From the NCBI GenBank assembly GCA_050015395.1, contig JBEKBM010000005.1, positions 32,001 to 96,000 on the forward strand: 64,000 bases of DNA, in the 5' to 3' direction. Positions 47,399 to 56,967 of this stretch are shown one piece after another; position 1 is the first letter of the stretch; each line of letters opens with the position of its first letter. Below the pieces are notes generated by a model that searched no databases, was not told the DNA's origin, and saw only the letters and a list, made by a program, of their open reading frames with translations. The DNA is from Candidatus Bathyarchaeia archaeon. Lineage in GTDB: Archaea; Thermoproteota; Bathyarchaeia; Bathyarchaeales; Bathycorpusculaceae. The position numbers were made by a program, and so were the translations under genes.

Positions 47399-48189
47399 TG
47401 TCGTCACTTGTTACTCGCGTTAGACTAAAGCAGATTGAGCAGTTTATCGAAAAGGGAAAACGCCTAGATGATAGAGGTTTGCGTGATTACAGAGAAATCA
47501 AGATTGAGCAGGGTTTGATTGAGCGTGCTGAAGGTTCAGCTAGAGTTTTGCTTGGGAAGACAGAGGTTCTTGTAGGCGTAAAAGTTGAAACTGGCGAACC
47601 ATTCGCCGACACACCTAATGAAGGCGTCTTAACTGTTAACGCTGAGCTTGTTCCAGTAGCCTCGCCGAACTTTGAGCCAGGACCACCTGACGAAAACTCA
47701 ATTGAATTAGCAAGAGTTGTTGACAGAGGCATACGCGAATCAAAAGCAATCGATACTGAAAAGCTATGCATAGAGCCAGGCAAGAAAGTCTTCGTCGTAT
47801 TCGTGGATGTTTATGTGCTCAATCATGATGGAAACTTGATTGACGCTTCAGCTTTAGCTGCTATGGCTGCTTTGCTAAACACAAAGATGCCTAATTACGA
47901 AATCAAAGATGGCGAACTAAAGATTAAGCAGGGTTACACTCCGTTACCAGTGAAAAGCCACCCAGTAACCGTTACTACGGGAAAAATCAACAATTCCCTC
48001 ATAGTTGATCCTGGGCTGGAAGAAGAGCAAGTTATGGATTCGCGAATATCAATGGCTATCAACGACGAAGGAAACATTTGTGCTGTTCAGAAGGGCGGCT
48101 CAGGCTATTTCACACCGCAACAGATTTTAGAGGCATCAAAGATTGCTCAGGAGAAAGCAGTTGAAATACGCAAGAAGCTTAATTGGTGA
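47398..48189 (+). CDS. rrp42: Exosome core subunit Rrp42
   Basis: AEGSARV, FEPGPP, ELARVVDRGIRES, DGNLIDA. Confidence 0.97.
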   Translation: MSSLVTRVRLKQIEQFIEKGKRLDDRGLRDYREIKIEQGLIERAEGSARVLLGKTEVLVGVKVETGEPFADTPNEGVLTVNAELVPVASPNFEPGPPDENSIELARVVDRGIRESKAIDTEKLCIEPGKKVFVVFVDVYVLNHDGNLIDASALAAMAALLNTKMPNYEIKDGELKIKQGYTPLPVKSHPVTVTTGKINNSLIVDPGLEEEQVMDSRISMAINDEGNICAVQKGGSGYFTPQQILEASKIAQEKAVEIRKKLNW

Positions 48190-48524
48190 AAAAGTTGCCG
48201 AAGACAAAGAAAGTCGGTCCAACACGAGGTTTAGGTCCACGTTACGGTGCCACAGTTAGGAAACGCTATATGAAAGTAATCATTGAACTCAGAAGACCGC
48301 ACAAATGCCCAAGCTGCGGCTTCGTAAGGGTGAAACGTGAAAGCGTCGGCGTTTGGAAATGCAGCAAATGCGGCTTCACTTTTTCAGGTGGAGCTTACAC
48401 TCCAACAACTAAGCTGGGTGTTGTGGCTAAGCGTGCAGCTAAAGGTTTGACCGTAGAGGAAGCCACAAAAGAAGCAGCAAAAGCTGAAGCTGTTGAGCCG
48501 GCAACCGAAGAAGAAACCGACTAA
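48183..48524 (+). CDS. rpl37ae: 50S ribosomal protein L37Ae (eL43)
   Basis: GPRYG, CPSC...GVWKCSKC, GGAYTP; acidic tail. Confidence 0.96.
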   Translation: MVKKLPKTKKVGPTRGLGPRYGATVRKRYMKVIIELRRPHKCPSCGFVRVKRESVGVWKCSKCGFTFSGGAYTPTTKLGVVAKRAAKGLTVEEATKEAAKAEAVEPATEEETD

Positions 48525-48811
48525 CCTTTCCTTTATTTTATTTTTTGTTTGCTTTTTGTTGTTGATTTTTGTCACAAATAGTAGGGTAGGTCTAACGGGT
48601 AGCTGGTTTAGGTTCAGGGCTTGTTTTGGGTTGCTTTTTTGGTTTAGGGCTTGATTTGGACTTAAGTTGAGGCTAAAAAGGCATGGAAAAGGTGAAAAAG
48701 TGCTTGTTTACTGTACTCGCTTAGGCTCAAAATCAAGGGAAACCGAATTGGCTTTAACTTAGGTTTTTGTTTATTACTTGGAACTTCGCTGATTAATCTA
48801 GGCGCTGCTAA

Positions 48812-49069
48812 ATGGCAATTAATGCAAAAGCTACTATCCGCTTAAAACTTCCTTCCGATAAACAGTTAACCACACTTCTTAACGCTTTAACGCCAGAAGC
48901 CAACGCACCAGTAACAAGACGAGCCACGGTAAAATTGGAAAAAGACGGCTTATTTTTGATGTTGGCGGTTGATGCTGAGGACACGGTTGCTTTGCGCTCA
49001 ACGTTGAATGCTTATTTGAGATGGATAAACTCAGCAATTAACGTGATAGACGTGGTTGAGCGGGCTTAG
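48812..49069 (+). CDS. pcc1: KEOPS complex subunit Pcc1
   Basis: ALTPE...AEDTVALRSTLNAYLRWI; superoperon position. Confidence 0.88.
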   Translation: MAINAKATIRLKLPSDKQLTTLLNALTPEANAPVTRRATVKLEKDGLFLMLAVDAEDTVALRSTLNAYLRWINSAINVIDVVERA

Positions 49070-49171
49070 TTGTTGGGGTAACAGTGCTTGGGGCAAGTTT
49101 ATAGACGCGAATACTTAAAGGAGGTTTAATCAGCTTGGTGTTCTTTTTCAAAGTTTTTGTTAAGTAATTGT

Positions 49172-49429
49172 TCATTTGTATTTTGCTTTGAATATTAGGA
49201 TTATGAGGGCTTGGATGAAAGCTAAAGAATTCGCAATAATAATCGGCGAATTATTCAGGTAAACTCCGTAAACAAACCATAAGAACACGCCACAGCAATA
49301 CAGCGTGAACATTCCGGTTGAGATGTCTTTGGTTGATTTGGTTTTCCAAACCTTGATTAACTGTGGGAAAAGCGCGATTGTGGTGAATGCAGCGGCGATT
49401 AAGCCAATTATCGTTATTGTATCCATCAT
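49172..49429 (-). CDS. SemiSWEET (PQ-loop/MtN3) sugar transporter
   Basis: 3 TMs; FPQLIKVWKTKSTKDIS, LWFVYG, PIIIAN. Confidence 0.92.
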   Translation of the reverse strand: MMDTITIIGLIAAAFTTIALFPQLIKVWKTKSTKDISTGMFTLYCCGVFLWFVYGVYLNNSPIIIANSLAFIQALIILIFKAKYK

Positions 49430-49621
49430 GCTCTTGCCCTTATAGCTTGCATGCGGTTAGTATAAGTTTCGTTTACTAAAACAAATTACCCAAGAAGAAC
49501 ACAATAACATGAGTTCACGGCTTCAACACACAAAGTTAACTCTTCATTGGTCAAAAAGGTTTAAATAAATACTGTCTCATTTCGTATATGCTTTAAGTTA
49601 AAAAACGGATGAAAATTTAAC

Positions 49622-50113
49622 ATGTCACAGGAATATCGCTATATACTTCGTATTATGGGTACAGACGTTCAAGGTACCCTTAAGACTTCTTACGCGGTAG
49701 CACAAGTAAAAGGTGTAAGCATGAGCCTCTCAAACGCAATCCTGAAAAAGGCAGAAGTAAACCCTGACTTGCGAGTAGGCTTCTTAGCAGAATCAGACAT
49801 ATCAAAAATAGAGGATGTTATAAGAAACCCAGCAAAATATAGCCTGCCAACTTGGCTTTTTAACAGGCGAAAAGATTCGGTAACAGGGAAAGACATGCAC
49901 CTTTTAAGCGCTGACCTAGTTTTGAGAACAAAAATGGATATTGATGAAGCCAAAGAAATCAAGTCTTGGCGTGGATACCGCCATGCTTACGGCCTGAAAG
50001 TTCGTGGGCAAAGAACAAAAACTACTGGAAGAGCTGGCAAAGCCTTGGGAGTTAAAAAGAAGACTTTGCTGCAGAAGCCTGGTGGAGCACCAGCCGCTGA
50101 AGGAGGCAAATAA
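49622..50113 (+). CDS. rps13: 30S ribosomal protein S13
   Basis: [29 protein letters not shown]. Confidence 0.98.
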   Translation: MSQEYRYILRIMGTDVQGTLKTSYAVAQVKGVSMSLSNAILKKAEVNPDLRVGFLAESDISKIEDVIRNPAKYSLPTWLFNRRKDSVTGKDMHLLSADLVLRTKMDIDEAKEIKSWRGYRHAYGLKVRGQRTKTTGRAGKALGVKKKTLLQKPGGAPAAEGGK

Positions 50114-50115
50114 AC

Positions 50116-50706
50116 ACGGGAGATCCAAAGAAGCAACGTAAAAAATTTGATACTCCCCGATTTAAATGGCGCAAAGACATCCTTCAAGAAGAGCTCAAAC
50201 TAGTAGGTCAATATGGCTTAAGAAACAAGCATGAACTCTGGCGTCTTAAAACCACTCTGTCAAAAACCAGAGGCATCGCCCGATCACTTATCAGTAAAAC
50301 TCCTGAAGAACGCGCAAAAATGGAAAACGAGCAGCTTGCAAAACTCAAAAAACTAGGCATCCTACAAGAAACCGCCGTGTTGGACAACGTTTTAGACTTA
50401 ACAATCGAAGACATCTTAGAACGCAGACTTCAAACAATCGTTTTCCGCAAAGGCTTAGCAAGAACAATCTTCCAATCACGCCAACTAATCAATCATGGAC
50501 ACGTAACCATAGATGGCCGCCGCGTAACAATCCCCAGCTACATAGTGCCAAAAGCGGATGAAACAAAAGTAATCTATTCCCCAGAGAGTGCAGTTGCAAA
50601 CCAAGCCCACCCGTTACGCGTCGGATTAACAGTCGTAGCTAAACAACCAGAAATCAGGCAGCCTGCTCGAGGCGGAAGAAGAGGCGGAAGAGGCGGCAGA
50701 TTTTGA
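50116..50706 (+). CDS. rps4: 30S ribosomal protein S4, apparent ACG start codon
   Basis: Frame reads [16 protein letters not shown]...[10 protein letters not shown]...LERRLQT; the conserved N-terminus lies 204 nt upstream of the ORF-track start. Confidence 0.93.
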   Translation, partial: TGDPKKQRKKFDTPRFKWRKDILQEELKLVGQYGLRNKHELWRLKTTLSKTRGIARSLISKTPEERAKMENEQLAKLKKLGILQETAVLDNVLDLTIEDILERRLQTIVFRKGLARTIFQSRQLINHGHVTIDGRRVTIPSYIVPKADETKVIYSPESAVANQAHPLRVGLTVVAKQPEIRQPARGGRRGGRGGRF

Positions 50707-51107
50707 GCGCCAGCAACAAACGAAACGAGAAATGGGCAATCGTCCACATCTTCAGCTCCTACAATAACACGCTAATTCACATAACTGACATTTCAGGCGC
50801 AGAAACAATCGCTCGCACAAGCGGCGGCATGTACGTAAAAGCAGACCGCATGGAATCATCACCCTACGCGGCTATGCGTGCAGCAACCGGCGCAGCTGAA
50901 GTGGCTCGGGATAAAGGAATAACAGCCATCCACATTAAGGTACGAGCGCCAGGCGGTTCGGGACCAAGAACTCCGGGGCCAGGTGCTCAAGCAGCCATAC
51001 GTGCTCTTGCAAGGTTTGGTTTCCGTATTGAACGTATTGAAGAAGTTACGCCAATTCCCCATGACGGCACAAGACGGCCAGGTGGCAGAAGAGGAAGAAG
51101 AGTCTAA
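50703..51107 (+). CDS. rps11: 30S ribosomal protein S11
   Basis: [33 protein letters not shown]. Confidence 0.98.
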   Translation: MSASNKRNEKWAIVHIFSSYNNTLIHITDISGAETIARTSGGMYVKADRMESSPYAAMRAATGAAEVARDKGITAIHIKVRAPGGSGPRTPGPGAQAAIRALARFGFRIERIEEVTPIPHDGTRRPGGRRGRRV

Positions 51108-51191
51108 TCTCAATTTCCCCTCTTTATTGACAGAAAAATTGAAATAATGCACTATATCTGTATTGAACGCATTATTGGAGTGTCTTAGCAA

Positions 51192-52007
51192 GTGAAAATA
51201 GAAATCCTTGAAAAAAACGATAGCAACCTCCGCATAATCGTCAGAGAAGCGGATGTTACGTTAATGAACGCTCTGCGTCGAATAGCACTTGCTGAGGTGC
51301 CCACCATGGCAATTGACGAAGTTGTCATGATAGAAAATTCCTCAATTTTGCAGGATGAAATAATTGCTCATCGGCTAGGGCTAACGCCACTGAAAACTGA
51401 CTTGGACACTTACAATCTTCCTGAAGTGTGCGAATGTAAAAGCGAATTCGGCTGCTCGCAATGCCGAGTGACGCTTACGCTGGATGCTGAAGCAAAGGAA
51501 GGAACAAGAACAGTTTATTCAGGCGAAATCGTGTCAGAAAACCCTGAAATTATCCCCGTGTCAGACAAGATCCCACTAGTAAAGCTGGCTAAAAACCAGA
51601 AATTAAAACTTGAAGCCTACGCCCGGCTCGGAAGAGGCAAAACTCACGCCAAGTGGCAGCCAACTTCAGTGTGCGCTTACAAGTATTTCCCACAAATAAC
51701 CGTTCCAACAGAGAAATGTGAAGACTGCGCAAAATGCGTAGACATATGCCCCAAGAAAGTGCTCGCCATTAAAGACGAGAAAGTTGATGTTAGAGACCTC
51801 TTAGCATGTAACCTTTGCATGGACTGTGTTGAAGCTTGTCCACAAAAGCCGTCACCGTTGAAGGTTGAATGGGAAAAGAATGCTTTCATAATGAACATTG
51901 AGTCAACGGGTGCGCTTCCTCCAGAACGTATCCTTAAAGAAGCCACCAAAACGTTAGGTAAACAATTAAACGAACTTGAAGAATTAGTAAAGGCTGAACA
52001 ACAATGA
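51192..52007 (+). CDS. rpoD: RNA polymerase subunit D (Rpo3) with ferredoxin-like insert
   Basis: NALRR..LAEVP, AHRLGL.P, HAKWQP; two CxxCxxCxxxCP motifs. Confidence 0.97.
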   Translation: MKIEILEKNDSNLRIIVREADVTLMNALRRIALAEVPTMAIDEVVMIENSSILQDEIIAHRLGLTPLKTDLDTYNLPEVCECKSEFGCSQCRVTLTLDAEAKEGTRTVYSGEIVSENPEIIPVSDKIPLVKLAKNQKLKLEAYARLGRGKTHAKWQPTSVCAYKYFPQITVPTEKCEDCAKCVDICPKKVLAIKDEKVDVRDLLACNLCMDCVEACPQKPSPLKVEWEKNAFIMNIESTGALPPERILKEATKTLGKQLNELEELVKAEQQ

Positions 52008-52366
52008 GAGAAACCAAAACAACAAACCCGGAATTAATCCAGCTTATTCGTCTTTTAAAGAAAGAGAGCAGAGAAAAACAAGCAGGCATCTGGCTAGACG
52101 TAGCTGACCATTTAGCCAAGTCGCGGAGTCAACGCATCTCAGTTAACCTGAGCAGGATAAACAGGAACACTAAAAGAAGCGATGTAGTTGTTGTTCCCGG
52201 CAAAATCTTGGGGTCAGGCAGCATAAACCATGCGGTAACAGTGGCGTCATTTGGTGCTTCTGAGAAAGCGAAGGCGAAACTTGTTGCTGTCAAAGCGAAA
52301 TATCTTTCAATCCCTGAGCTCTTAGAGAAAAATCCAACTGGTGCAAAAGTAAAGATTATTCGGTGA
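52004..52366 (+). CDS. rpl18e: 50S ribosomal protein L18e
   Basis: TTNPEL, VNLSRI, VVPGKILGSG. Confidence 0.97.
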   Translation: MRETKTTNPELIQLIRLLKKESREKQAGIWLDVADHLAKSRSQRISVNLSRINRNTKRSDVVVVPGKILGSGSINHAVTVASFGASEKAKAKLVAVKAKYLSIPELLEKNPTGAKVKIIR

Positions 52367-52818
52367 AAAAAATGCAAACAAAAAAAGCTCCTGTCACACT
52401 GGTAAACGCTGAAGGATTAATAGTTGGCAGAATGTGCAGTAAAGTTGCCAAAAGATTACTGAACGGAGAAGAAGTCATCATCCTTAACGCTGAAAAAGCC
52501 GTGTTCTCAGGCAAAAAGAAAAGCAAAGTTTTAGAAGCCCACGTCTTCCTTGAAGTAGGCGCTCCAAGGCGCGGCCCATTCCATTACCGAAGACCCGACC
52601 GTTTCCTGCGAAAAGCCGTAAGAGGAATGGTTCCGTATAAGCAGCCTAAAGGCAAAAACGCCTATAAACGGCTCAAAGTATTTATGGGCATACCCTTAGA
52701 GCTTAAAGATCAAGAAATGATTACGTTCACAGAAGCTTCATCTGCCAATCTTAAAGGGCCACATTTCACCCTTGGAGAAATGGCAAAAGAAATTGGATGG
52801 AACGATAGGATGAAATAA
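52363..52818 (+). CDS. rpl13: 50S ribosomal protein L13
   Basis: GRMCSKVAK, GPFHYRRPD, VRGMVP. Confidence 0.97.
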   Translation: MKKMQTKKAPVTLVNAEGLIVGRMCSKVAKRLLNGEEVIILNAEKAVFSGKKKSKVLEAHVFLEVGAPRRGPFHYRRPDRFLRKAVRGMVPYKQPKGKNAYKRLKVFMGIPLELKDQEMITFTEASSANLKGPHFTLGEMAKEIGWNDRMK

Positions 52819-52820
52819 TT

Positions 52821-53231
52821 ATGCCAGCAAAGAAAGTTTTAGTTGTTAGTGGAAAAAGAAAAACAGCAGTCGCCCGCGCCGTAGTTAAACAAGGCGTAGG
52901 CAAAATACGAATAAACATGACTCCAGTTGAAATTTACGAACCAGACATCGCTCGCGCAAAAATAATGGAGCCTCTACTGCAAGCAGGCGGCGACATCTGG
53001 CAGCAACTAGACATGGACGTTAAAACCAGCGGCGGAGGCTACATGGGACAGGCAGAAGCCGCACGAATGGCGGTTGCAAATGCCCTGCTCAAATGGACAA
53101 AAAGCACTCATTTACGCACAGTCTTTAGCGAATATGACAGAACAATGGTTGCCGGAGACTCCCGAACTAAAGAAACCAAAAAGGTCGGCGGAGCAGGCGC
53201 ACGAGCAAAAGAACAGAAAAGTTACAGGTAA
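52821..53231 (+). CDS. rps9: 30S ribosomal protein S9
   Basis: GKRKTAVARA, GGGYMGQ, GARAKEQKSYR. Confidence 0.98.
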   Translation: MPAKKVLVVSGKRKTAVARAVVKQGVGKIRINMTPVEIYEPDIARAKIMEPLLQAGGDIWQQLDMDVKTSGGGYMGQAEAARMAVANALLKWTKSTHLRTVFSEYDRTMVAGDSRTKETKKVGGAGARAKEQKSYR

Positions 53232-53246
53232 GGAGGAAAAAAACAA

Positions 53247-53477
53247 ATGATTATTCCCGTAAGATGCTTCACATGCGGCAAACTGGTTGGAGACCAATGG
53301 GACGAGTTCACAAGACGCATCAAGACAGGCGAGAACGCAAGCGACATCTTAGACAGCTTAGGCTTGAAACGTTACTGTTGCAGACGAATGCTGCTCTCTA
53401 ACGTCGAAATAATAGATGAAGTTCTGCGCTTTTATGAAGAAGCAGAGAAAAGAAAAGAAGCACGCAACCTGTATTAG
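53247..53477 (+). CDS. rpoN: RNA polymerase subunit N (Rpo10)
   Basis: [12 protein letters not shown]...RYCCRRM. Confidence 0.98.
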   Translation: MIIPVRCFTCGKLVGDQWDEFTRRIKTGENASDILDSLGLKRYCCRRMLLSNVEIIDEVLRFYEEAEKRKEARNLY

Positions 53478-53496
53478 TTTATTTTAAAAAAAATAT

Positions 53497-54297
53497 TTAA
53501 TGAGAATAAAGCTTCTCATACGGTCTCTTTGATACGGGAAGTATTTTCTTGAAGTTAGTGCTCAAGATTTCCTTGGGATCAGTGCCGAAGTGACTGGCGT
53601 ATTCCTTGACTAAGCCTTCAATTGTTTGAGTATCTCGCTTGCCGACTTCCATTATTTTAGTTCCATTCACAGGTTCAAGAATCTCTCCTCGCTCGTAGAT
53701 TACGCCGCCATGCATTCCCGTGCCGACAAACCTAGCTCTGCAGCGTTCGCCTTCTTTCAGGTTCAAGCCTAAGATGAGGATTATTCCGCCTGCCATGTAC
53801 TCAGCCAGAAAGTCGCCTGCCGTTTGTCCTATGACTATTTGGGGGAAATAGCGTTGGTACTCTTTCATGTGTATGCCAACTCTGTAGCCAACGTAGTCTC
53901 GGACGAAGATTTTTCCACCCCGCATCGAGTGCCCAGTTACGTCTCCAGCGTGGCCATTTATGATTATTTGCCCTTCATTCATTGTGTTGCCACAACCATC
54001 CTGCGCGTTGCCATGTATCACCAATTTGGGTCCATTCATGAAGGCGCCAAGGTCGTTTCCTGGCGTTCCGTAAACGTCGATTTGCATGTTTGTGTCTAAG
54101 TCTGTGCCAATGTATCGTTGCCCGCAGACATTGTGTACCTCTATTCTTTCGGCATCACCGCAGATTGCCTGTCTCAGCAAGCAGTTCAATTCTTTATAGT
54201 ACAGTCCCTCTGCATCAATTTTCAGCACATTGCCGTCTTTTATTATGCGCGGAAGAAATTTCGCGTCGATTTCCACAACCGTTTTTTGTTCAATCAT
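53497..54297 (-). CDS. Glutamate synthase GXGXG (GltB domain 3) subunit
   Basis: GQRYIG, GTPGNDLGAFM, GDFLAEYMAGG, GTGMHGG. Confidence 0.9.
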   Translation of the reverse strand: MIEQKTVVEIDAKFLPRIIKDGNVLKIDAEGLYYKELNCLLRQAICGDAERIEVHNVCGQRYIGTDLDTNMQIDVYGTPGNDLGAFMNGPKLVIHGNAQDGCGNTMNEGQIIINGHAGDVTGHSMRGGKIFVRDYVGYRVGIHMKEYQRYFPQIVIGQTAGDFLAEYMAGGIILILGLNLKEGERCRARFVGTGMHGGVIYERGEILEPVNGTKIMEVGKRDTQTIEGLVKEYASHFGTDPKEILSTNFKKILPVSKRPYEKLYSH

Positions 54298-54301
54298 ACG
54301 T

Positions 54302-55813
54302 TTACTCTCCTGCCATTTTTACGCCTAGAATCTTTAACTCAGTCCTCGTTAAGCCGACACCTCTAAGTGCAAGTCGGTTGCCTCGCAAGCTTTCGATGGC
54401 GTTTATACCCATGCCGCCCATCATATCTTTAATCTCTAAACTCCAGCTTTGAAGCAAATTGACTAATCGCTCAGAAGCAATGTCGGGGTTGATGCGTTTG
54501 CTAATCCACGGGTCACATGTCGCAATACCCCATGGGCATTTGCCAGTGTAGCAGCGTTGGCAAACAGTGCAGCCCATAGCTATCAAAGCGGCAGTTGCAA
54601 TGTACACGGCGTCCGCTCCTAACGCTATAGCCTTAACCACATCAGCGCTGCTTCTAATGCCGCCAGCCGCGACGACGGAAGCATTATTTCTGATGCCTTC
54701 CTCTCTGAGCCGCTGGTCTACTTGTGCAATGGCTAACTCGATGGGTATGCCTACGTTGTCTCTGATGACTTTGGGTGCTGCGCCAGTTGCGCCTCTGACA
54801 CCGTCAAGCGCGATTATGTCTGCTCCAGCCCGTACCATACCGCTGGCGATTGCAGCCGCGTTGTGAACAGCTGCGATTTTCACTGAGATAGGCTTACTGT
54901 AGTTTGTGGCTTCTTTAAGCGCGTAAATTAACTGCCGTAAATCCTCAATTGAGTAGATGTCATGTTGCGGATAAGGTGAAAGCGCGTCTGTACCTATCGG
55001 TATCATGCGTGTTTTGGCTACTTCTTTGGTTACTTTTTCGCCTGGCAAGTGTCCGCCTATGCCTGGTTTTGCGCCTTGGCCGATTTTGATTTCTACAGCC
55101 GCACCTACGTCAAGATATTTAGGATGCACACCAAACCGTCCGGATGCAACTTGGACAATGGCGTGAGCGCCGTACTTGTATAGGCTCTTGTCTAAGCCGC
55201 CTTCGCCAGTGTTGAAGTATGTTCCGCATTCGGTGGCTGCTCTGGCTAAGGATTCATGTACGTTTAAGCTTACGGCGCCGTAGGACATTGCTGAGAACAT
55301 TACTGGAACGTCAAGGCAAAGTTGCGGAGTAAGCTGAGTCTTTAGTACTGTTTCGCCGTTTTCCATTTCCAGCTCTAGCTTGTCTGGTTTTTCGCCCAGA
55401 TAAGTTCTGATCTCCATCGGTTCACGCAGCGGGTCGATTGAAGGGTTAGTTACTTGGCTAGCGTTTAGGAGCAGTCGGTCCCAGTAAGTGTAGTATGGTT
55501 TGTCACAGCCCATGCCTGTTAAGATTACTGCGCCGCTTTCAGCTTGCTTTTTCACGTCTCGGATTGCTTCAACTGTCCAGTTGGCGTTGTCTCGGTTAGC
55601 AGTCGGGTTCTTTCTTACGGTGATAGCGTGGGTTGGGCAGAAGGTTACGCAGCGTTGGCAATTAACACAGTTCTCTTCCTTACTGCAAACCTTGTCGGTT
55701 TCTTCGTCATAGTAGTGCGTGTCGTATGTGCATTGGTTAACGCATACTTTGCAGCGTATGCAACGGTTTTGGTCACGTTCAACTAAATATTCAGGAATCA
55801 CGTAAGTTTTCAT
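54302..55813 (-). CDS. gltB: Glutamate synthase FMN-binding subunit (GltB domain 2) with N-terminal 2x[4Fe-4S]
   Basis: MSYGA, NTGEGG, QVASGRFGV, KIGQGAKPGIGGHLPGEKV, CTVCQRC..GKCPWG. Confidence 0.95.
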   Translation of the reverse strand: MKTYVIPEYLVERDQNRCIRCKVCVNQCTYDTHYYDEETDKVCSKEENCVNCQRCVTFCPTHAITVRKNPTANRDNANWTVEAIRDVKKQAESGAVILTGMGCDKPYYTYWDRLLLNASQVTNPSIDPLREPMEIRTYLGEKPDKLELEMENGETVLKTQLTPQLCLDVPVMFSAMSYGAVSLNVHESLARAATECGTYFNTGEGGLDKSLYKYGAHAIVQVASGRFGVHPKYLDVGAAVEIKIGQGAKPGIGGHLPGEKVTKEVAKTRMIPIGTDALSPYPQHDIYSIEDLRQLIYALKEATNYSKPISVKIAAVHNAAAIASGMVRAGADIIALDGVRGATGAAPKVIRDNVGIPIELAIAQVDQRLREEGIRNNASVVAAGGIRSSADVVKAIALGADAVYIATAALIAMGCTVCQRCYTGKCPWGIATCDPWISKRINPDIASERLVNLLQSWSLEIKDMMGGMGINAIESLRGNRLALRGVGLTRTELKILGVKMAGE

Positions 55814-56967
55814 TAACTTTCCCCTCCAGCTAAAACTTCAGCAGTTTTGGGGTTGCTGTTTTTTAGTCTGCAAATCACTGGTTCTCCGCCTCTTGGGCAC
55901 CAGAACTTGTCCAGATTTGGCGAAACCAAACGCATGGCTGACTCCTCTGACGATAAGTATAGGAAGTCGCCGTTTGAGCCTGCTACTAATGGTCGTAGTT
56001 TGATTCTGTCAGTTAAGCCTATCATTTCCCCATGATGAGCAATGATAATGCTGAATGGCCCGTTCATCAGTAAACTGCCGTAAGTTTGACGCAGTGATCT
56101 TAGAAGTTGTGCTTTTTTGGGTTCCATGCAGTCTATTTCACTCCATAACGGTGCAGCAAGGATTTGAGCTACGAGTTCGATTGGTAGGTGCTGTCTTCGT
56201 ATGAGCAAGTCAACCGTGTATGCTAACACTTCGGTGTCTGTTTGCATGGTGCACTTGTAACCATACATTTCCAAGTAGCGGCGGTTAATGCCGTAGGATG
56301 AGAGTTCACCGTTGTGCACTACTGTCCAGTCTAATATGTTGAATGGGTGTGCTCCGCCCCACCAGCCTGGAGTGTTCGTGGGGAATCTGCTGTGGCATGT
56401 CCAGAGGTATCCTTGGTAGTCTTCTAAACTGAAGAAGTCTGCGACGTCTTCTGGGAAGCCTACGCCTTTGAATACGCCCATGTTTTTGCCGCTTGAGAAG
56501 ACAAATGCCTTTCCAGTTTCAGTGTTAATGTGCATGATGGCTTCTATCACGTAATCTTCTTCTGTTTGGTCTTCAGGTCGATGTTTTTTAGGTTGAACAA
56601 AGTACCGCCAAACTAACGGTGGGTCATGGACATTGGCGGGTCTTGTCTGCATTTCTTCGTCGTAGATTATGTCGAATCTAGAAGCGAGTATGTGGTCGGT
56701 TTTTTCTTTTGCGTCTTTGCTCAGGTACATTACGTGGAAAGCGTAGTGGTCTTTGAACTCTGGGTATATGCCGTAAACTGCGAAGCCGCCGCCTAAACCG
56801 TTACCACGGTCATGCATGTTCGTTACAGCGCGGACTGGATCTTTTGAGCTAAACCGTTTGCCATCTGTGTTCATCATGCCGAAAAGGGCGCAGCCTGAGA
56901 AATCCTTGTCATCTCCGAAGGGACTGATTATTTTTCTATCTTGACGGTTCATTTTATTGCACCACAC
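55813..56967 (-). CDS. Glutamate synthase glutamine amidotransferase subunit (GltB domain 1)
   Basis: GCALFG, DRGNGLGGG, HSRFPTN, AHPF, HNGE, TDTE, NGPF. Confidence 0.92.
   Translation of the reverse strand: MWCNKMNRQDRKIISPFGDDKDFSGCALFGMMNTDGKRFSSKDPVRAVTNMHDRGNGLGGGFAVYGIYPEFKDHYAFHVMYLSKDAKEKTDHILASRFDIIYDEEMQTRPANVHDPPLVWRYFVQPKKHRPEDQTEEDYVIEAIMHINTETGKAFVFSSGKNMGVFKGVGFPEDVADFFSLEDYQGYLWTCHSRFPTNTPGWWGGAHPFNILDWTVVHNGELSSYGINRRYLEMYGYKCTMQTDTEVLAYTVDLLIRRQHLPIELVAQILAAPLWSEIDCMEPKKAQLLRSLRQTYGSLLMNGPFSIIIAHHGEMIGLTDRIKLRPLVAGSNGDFLYLSSEESAMRLVSPNLDKFWCPRGGEPVICRLKNSNPKTAEVLAGGES

Noticed and set aside
50320-50706. 128-aa rps4 as called by the track
   Set aside because: Omits the conserved N-terminal 68 codons.
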